From the NCBI GenBank assembly GCA_964187785.1, contig OZ076417.1, positions 47,244,001 through 47,308,000 of the forward strand: a stretch of DNA of 64,000 nt, in the 5' to 3' direction. The notes beneath the pieces were generated by a model. It was not told the DNA's origin, searched no databases, and was given only the letters and a program-made list of their open reading frames with translations. Shown piece after piece: positions 58,701 to 64,000 of this stretch. The DNA is from Amphiscolops sp. MND2022. Lineage: Eukaryota. The position numbers and the translations under genes were made by a program. How positions within the stretch are numbered: position 1 is the first letter of the stretch; each line of letters begins with the position of its first letter.

Positions 58701-61650
58701 TTGTGTAGTCAGAAAGCTCTCAATTAAACAAAAAGATCAATATGAACAAATGAAAGCAAAAAAGAGTTCGAGGCGCAGCATCCTCGAATAACAAACGAGT
58801 TTGATCGAAGAAACACAACGCAGAGGCAAGAACTGAGGGAACTCAGAACAAAACATTCGGAAAATGGTTCAGACTAGTAATTGTGACGCTACTATGTGGA
58901 TATTGTACCCACACATAGGCAAAGGATCCATTCTTTGGTTAAAGACCTTAATGACAAGCTTGATGAGAACGAAACTGTTCTCGTCAAAGTGGACTTGTTA
59001 AAATGGTTAATTAATTGCTGCGAAGCAAACATGACTTGCTAATTCATGTAGACTACCTGATGAGTCATATGAATAAGGAAACGCAAAGACCGCTCAGTTG
59101 AAGGGTGACTGAATGGGAAGAACTCTTCGTACAATTGGAAGCAGGCTGGGGAGTTTGGATTCCCCGGTGAAAAAACAATGTTAAATGTTAAATGTTAAAT
59201 GGTCCATTAGACGAGACAAAAAAACCGAAACTTCGCCAAACGGCTACTGGAGTCTCTACAAACAGGGCTTTGAGATGCCCTCGCACAAGGAAGCTCAAAC
59301 AAAGCAGCTTCAATACAACAGAGAGCAATTGCTCATTAAAAACAACTAGTGAGAACAGCTCACTGAGACACACCAGCAAGATGAAATATTAAGTGCAAAA
59401 ATTTGTCAAAGGATCAAATCCCGTCGTTATCGTCAATTCAATCAGTGATGAGAACCCGATACCCGGAGAAAAAGTCCCGTGCGTAAGCGAAAGGTATTCA
59501 CACGGCAACAGAACACGAGTTAGTCCTAAGTCCTTCAATGCAAGGTGAGTGCTTCTTTCAAAATCTGAAGCATTGAAAAACAAGATGAATTTGATGAGCA
59601 TCTAGCTGCCAAGAATCGTAAAGTCGAGATAGTAATGAAAGAAAGAGAAGTGATGGATATGAAGTATGAAGATACTCGCAGCAGAACTAGAAATTGCTAA
59701 ACTTGAAAAGAAAAGGCGAGAGCCAAACAAATCTCCAACCAAGAGAAGGAATTAGCGCGAAATGGAACACTGCTAAGACAGACACAATCACAGAAGGTGA
59801 CAAAGCAATTGCAATAAAAAAAGGCCAGCATAGAAGTTATCGCCCTTCAAAGAAATCTCACCCTCAACAATGTCTCCTAAGGATTTAAAAACTGTGAGCG
59901 GAGCAGTTACCCTCAAAAGGACGTGAATGGAGTGGCGAGCAAGGAATCACACCGTAGAAGTAACAGAGAACTTTTTTGGATCATTCGATGCAAAGAGTAA
60001 TTTTGGATCACAGTGGCGCTCGAACCAAAAGTAAGGCATTTGACAATAGGTCGTCCATGAGAACAATGGAGCAAACTCGAACAAGACAAACTTCGAGTAA
60101 CGAGAGTTCAAGTGGAAGCGAATTGAATCGCAGAAAACAAACAGCGAACTCATGGCAAGCAAGATGAAACGGCTTTGCTATGAGCTCTTGACCGGACAAC
60201 AAAGGAATATATACAATGGAGAAAGGGAAATCTGAACAGTTTGATTGCTCAATCAAATCCCCAAAATATAGAACGTCGCAAGACAAATATATCGATTGTG
60301 AATAATCTGTGCGCCCAATTTTGGTACATGCTGAATGCGAGGCAAAAAAAAAACAAAAAGTATACCTCAAAGCTTCTCGCGGCAGAACGAATGCAGGACT
60401 TGCCAAAAATTTACGTGGCAATGGTTGGCAAGCCTTCAGATCAGAAACCCTCTGATGGATACTATACAAGTTTTGGAATGGTAGATTCATTTGGCCCAGA
60501 GTGAGCACTTGATAGTACAAACCAGGGAGATCTTGGATTACCCAATGACTGAAACAAGGAAAACGCATAGAAGCCTAGCTTTCGCATCTAATAAGCAAAC
60601 GTCGAAAGCAGTGCAATTGAAACTGCCGCAGGAGAGTGCAGAATTTAACACCGCACTACAGCCCGTACAGCAGGGAATACGATTCCTAATGAAAATGTTC
60701 TGTGCCGGTACACTCCTTCAAGAAGAAAACAAACTTTTTGAATTGAATATAGTTATCGGTTTGTGAATGAGCGAAGATATACCCCGCCTGAAATTTCGGA
60801 TGAAATAGCCAAGTATTAAAAGTTATGCCACGGTGCAATGAAACATGAAAAACACTTGACTAGAAATACCAAATGTTAAACACAAGCCATGAATGCACCT
60901 CTTGGAAAGAAAATTGATTTCGACTTCGAGGAAAACCTTGTTGAAGAAACTATCCCGAGTGATAGAATTGTATGGGACCATTGGACTGCTAATAGAAACA
61001 CCATTGGGATGAACGCTATGTCACAAGCTACGAGTTGCGATAAAATTCAATTGTACAACGGTCGCCGAAAACCGCCGAAGAAAAGAACTTAACAGAAGAA
61101 AAATGAACATAACTCGAACCTGGTTTGTACAATAGAGAAATGAACTCAGTTGAACAAAAATGGATTCCAGAGAGACACAATTGGGCTACATGATTTCAGA
61201 GGCAACGTATCAGTGAAAAAACACAAATAAATTCTTTGAAAGTACCAACAACAGCAAGTTGAGCAAGTTGGAGCAATGTGTGTTGCAATGGGCCGGCTAC
61301 ACTATTCAAGACATTGAAGACTCAGTATGGGTTTTTTGGGAAATGGAAAGTTTCTAATGATCATTCGGAGACTGATAGAATCCCATATGATAAGAAGTCG
61401 GAGTTTTTTGTTGGTAGAAGCTCGGTGTCTTTCTATAAACAGAAGCGGAATCGAATTCATACAGCATTGTCTTTACAGAGAAAAAACTCGGTTGTAGCTA
61501 CGCAAAGCGTTGTGTCTGAAAGAAAAGAGCAAAATGTAGCGCAGCATTTGAGTTCAAAACACAAAACTGCCTACTGAATATGATGAAGGATGATTCAACA
61601 ACCTTTCAAGAAAAAAGTATCCGGAACATGACTATGGGAGGATTAGAGAA
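58700..61650 (+). mobile_element. Second highly decayed Bel/Pao-like remnant (gag to pre-RT region)
   Basis: Weak gag-like fragments (EYIQWR; FGPE/EHLIVQTREILDYP), a Cys/His remnant near 60830, and pre-RT-like text at 61278-61620. Confidence 0.4.
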
Positions 61651-62130
61651 CAAACTCTGTTTGACTTGTCTCCCCCGCGGATAGTTAATTTTGATTATGA
61701 AAAGCGTAGCAGAGCAAATAACAAGAAACTGGCTGGACACAATTTCGTCTTACCTGGAAATCTCTTCTTTGGAGGTTGAAGTAATTATGGAAGGTGGTTA
61801 ATTAAATGAGATGAAGTATTTTGCTAATGTACTTCCAATAAGTGGTATACAACCTATTCTGTGACATTCTCTACTGACCTTGAAATAATTTTATTGCTCA
61901 TGGAATTGTTGATCCTTACATTGTTTAAACATACTTTCATACTTTCTAACCCACCTAACATTAATCATGCCAAAGCCAACACATAGTTTTCTTACCTAGC
62001 CAATAACTTTATATTAAACTTGAAAGTCATTATTCTATACTTACTTATTTTTGCACGATATCTAATGTAGAATTATAAACCAAATTTATACCATTACTAA
62101 ATAGTGATTTCAACAATTGAATAGCTATAG

Positions 62131-62763
62131 TCAAGTTGGGTTTTGAGACCACTCCAATTCGCAATTCGACTTCAAGGGTTTTATATGAACAAAGACGTTG
62201 TAACTGGCCCAATTGTCCGGGAGCACAAAAACTTTTTCGTCCAATTTGTAAAACCCACGTCTCGATTTACACCCAGGGCGCACGAGCACGTTAGCACAAG
62301 ACATTACCAGTTGGAATTCCATCTCCGCAAAGACCGTCGATAGAGATTTGAGCACTTCAGTAGAACTGCCAAGATCATGGGGTTGACTAGCAGCGAAGTC
62401 TGAGGCCAGGACGGTAATATTTCGACAATTCTGAAACGTGGAAAAAGGCCCTTGTTTGAAAACGCGCAGTTAGTGGACAAAGGCTTCAAAACCCCATTCA
62501 ACGATGAGTACACTACTGGTGTGGGTGCCTCCTCCAACCCCACTGAGATGCAACTGATTATGCAGGTTACCCTGATCGTTCAATTCGTCCCACACTACGG
62601 CATTATTTTTTGCTACAGACCTTGTGGACGCTAGTATGCATAACCGCCAATCACCAGAAGCTCTTCTCGGTTTTCTATTGGGAGCCTCCGCCCTCAAGGT
62701 GTGTAGTTTTCTTCTCATAAGGGTTCCTTTAATAGGGGTTCCTTTACCAGTATACCGTCTCAA
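62131..62763 (-). pseudogene. ~210-codon frame with a single internal stop, product unknown
   Basis: ORFs 62470-62763 and 62131-62355 are in the same frame; only one stop (FVH*LRVF). Confidence 0.35.
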
Positions 62764-62859
62764 GTCCTTTGTTCCGTTTCAGACTCTCTCATCACATCTT
62801 CCTGTGTGCAACTACCGACATCTTCCTTCAGATCACCAGATCACTTACACTGGCTAGTA

Positions 62860-64000
62860 TGCACTCGAGTACCAATCTAGAGGAGCGTTCGCGAAAACGA
62901 GGGAAATACTCATATGAGCAACGAGAGGATGTTGAGTGGTAGTGTGAGTGAGAAGGATAAAATGTTCGTGAAAGAGATTTTCTATAATATTGGTCACAGC
63001 GAGATTGGTTACGATCATAATACGGAGAATGCTTATGGGAGGAGTGGTTACGATAATATTTTGAACGAGAGCTTGAGCGGGAACGAGATTTATATCGAGA
63101 TTCGTGAAAAAATTTTGACAATGATTACAATTACTTCGACTACGTTAACGAGGCGCTTGGTTACTATATTTGTTGGAGGGTGTTTTAAAACGTTGATAAA
63201 AAAAGGAGTAGGTGATTTTAAATGAGGTTTAGGTTCTTAGGGCATTTTGAGTTTTCCATAGCTAGTGGAGACGGAATGATTATTATTATGGCAAAAGGAG
63301 CAATATTTTCTAAGTTTAGGTTTAGATTCAATATTAGGATCTACAACTTGTAGTTGTGGAGATTCTGAGGAATTATCTGGAACAGTGGCCTTCTGGTTAA
63401 AATTATCGTGGAGAATCTTAAGTTCAACAAGAGAGTGGAAAAGAACGGAAGGTTCAAGTGAGCTTGAAATATGTTTGAAATGACGTTTGTTGGCAAAATC
63501 GTTTAATTTTTTTGAGAGACCACGAGTGAAAACTGCATTACATTTGAGATTTAAGGTGGATGGGTATTCATTATACCAACCTTGTTAACCAAGATATTCA
63601 ACTTTTGAGGCATAGTGTCTAACATTCTCATTATCTTTTTTGACAAGAGATAGTGCTTCAAGTTAAGCATGGTATGTATAATTTTGAGAGTAGAATTATT
63701 TTTTCGAAACTTTGGAGAAAAGAAGATCAATCTTTTTTATCAACTTGAGCGAGACGATCATTCCAGTTAGAGGCAGTTCCTGAGAAGAAGCAAAAAAGAA
63801 TAGATATGCGTCTTGAGTGACAAGTTAAAAGTGAATGTATATCAAGACGTCGAGGTCCAAGTTGAAGTTTTATACGTGTACTGAGGTGAGCTAAACATCT
63901 TCCAGGAGGGTACGTGCGATCCAAGTTATCAAAAAAATTAATGGGATCATAGAGCGCAGCAAAAGGAACAGAAGGACGCATTTGAATCACTGGTGGAGGA
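62860..64000 (-). mobile_element. gag: gag fragment of the element A subfamily; continues beyond the right edge
   Basis: Homologous to 17640-18500: PFAALYDPI..LDRTYPPGRCLAHL; YCSFCHNNNHSVSTS; SRSRSSSRS tail. Confidence 0.8.

Overview
AT-rich eukaryotic (animal) DNA, mostly decayed retroelements; host taxon not provable from sequence (my impression is an acoel/marine invertebrate). No rRNA, intact tRNA or CRISPR seen. Main content: (1) five pieces of one Ty3/gypsy (Metaviridae) group. The best copy is a ~17 kb LTR-bounded element on the minus strand (4192-21271): LTR, PBS, tandem-repeat leader, extra ORF0, gag, PR-RT-RH-IN, an env with class III fusogen (herpes gB / chuvirus G-like) signatures, ~4.5 kb more coding-like DNA, LTR. 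Related 5' halves lie at 1-1895(-), 28764-32198(+) and 33742-38835(-), with a gag fragment at 62860-64000(-). (2) A 2.0 kb solo LTR with a perfect AGAGG TSD containing the start of an ORF that reads out through its 3' end. (3) A truncated gag-PR-RT gypsy (41985-44475) and two Bel/Pao remnants (51690-61650). (4) Two complementary halves of a class A GPCR-like family; one carries an extra TM helix plus C-type-lectin-like domain(s). (5) MITE-like insertions including a 157 bp near-perfect palindrome, a duplicated inversion junction, and a hierarchical 1586 bp tandem duplication. A 200-N gap is at 30122-30321. All homology calls are by eye from motifs; no searches were run, and boundaries of internal domains are approximate.
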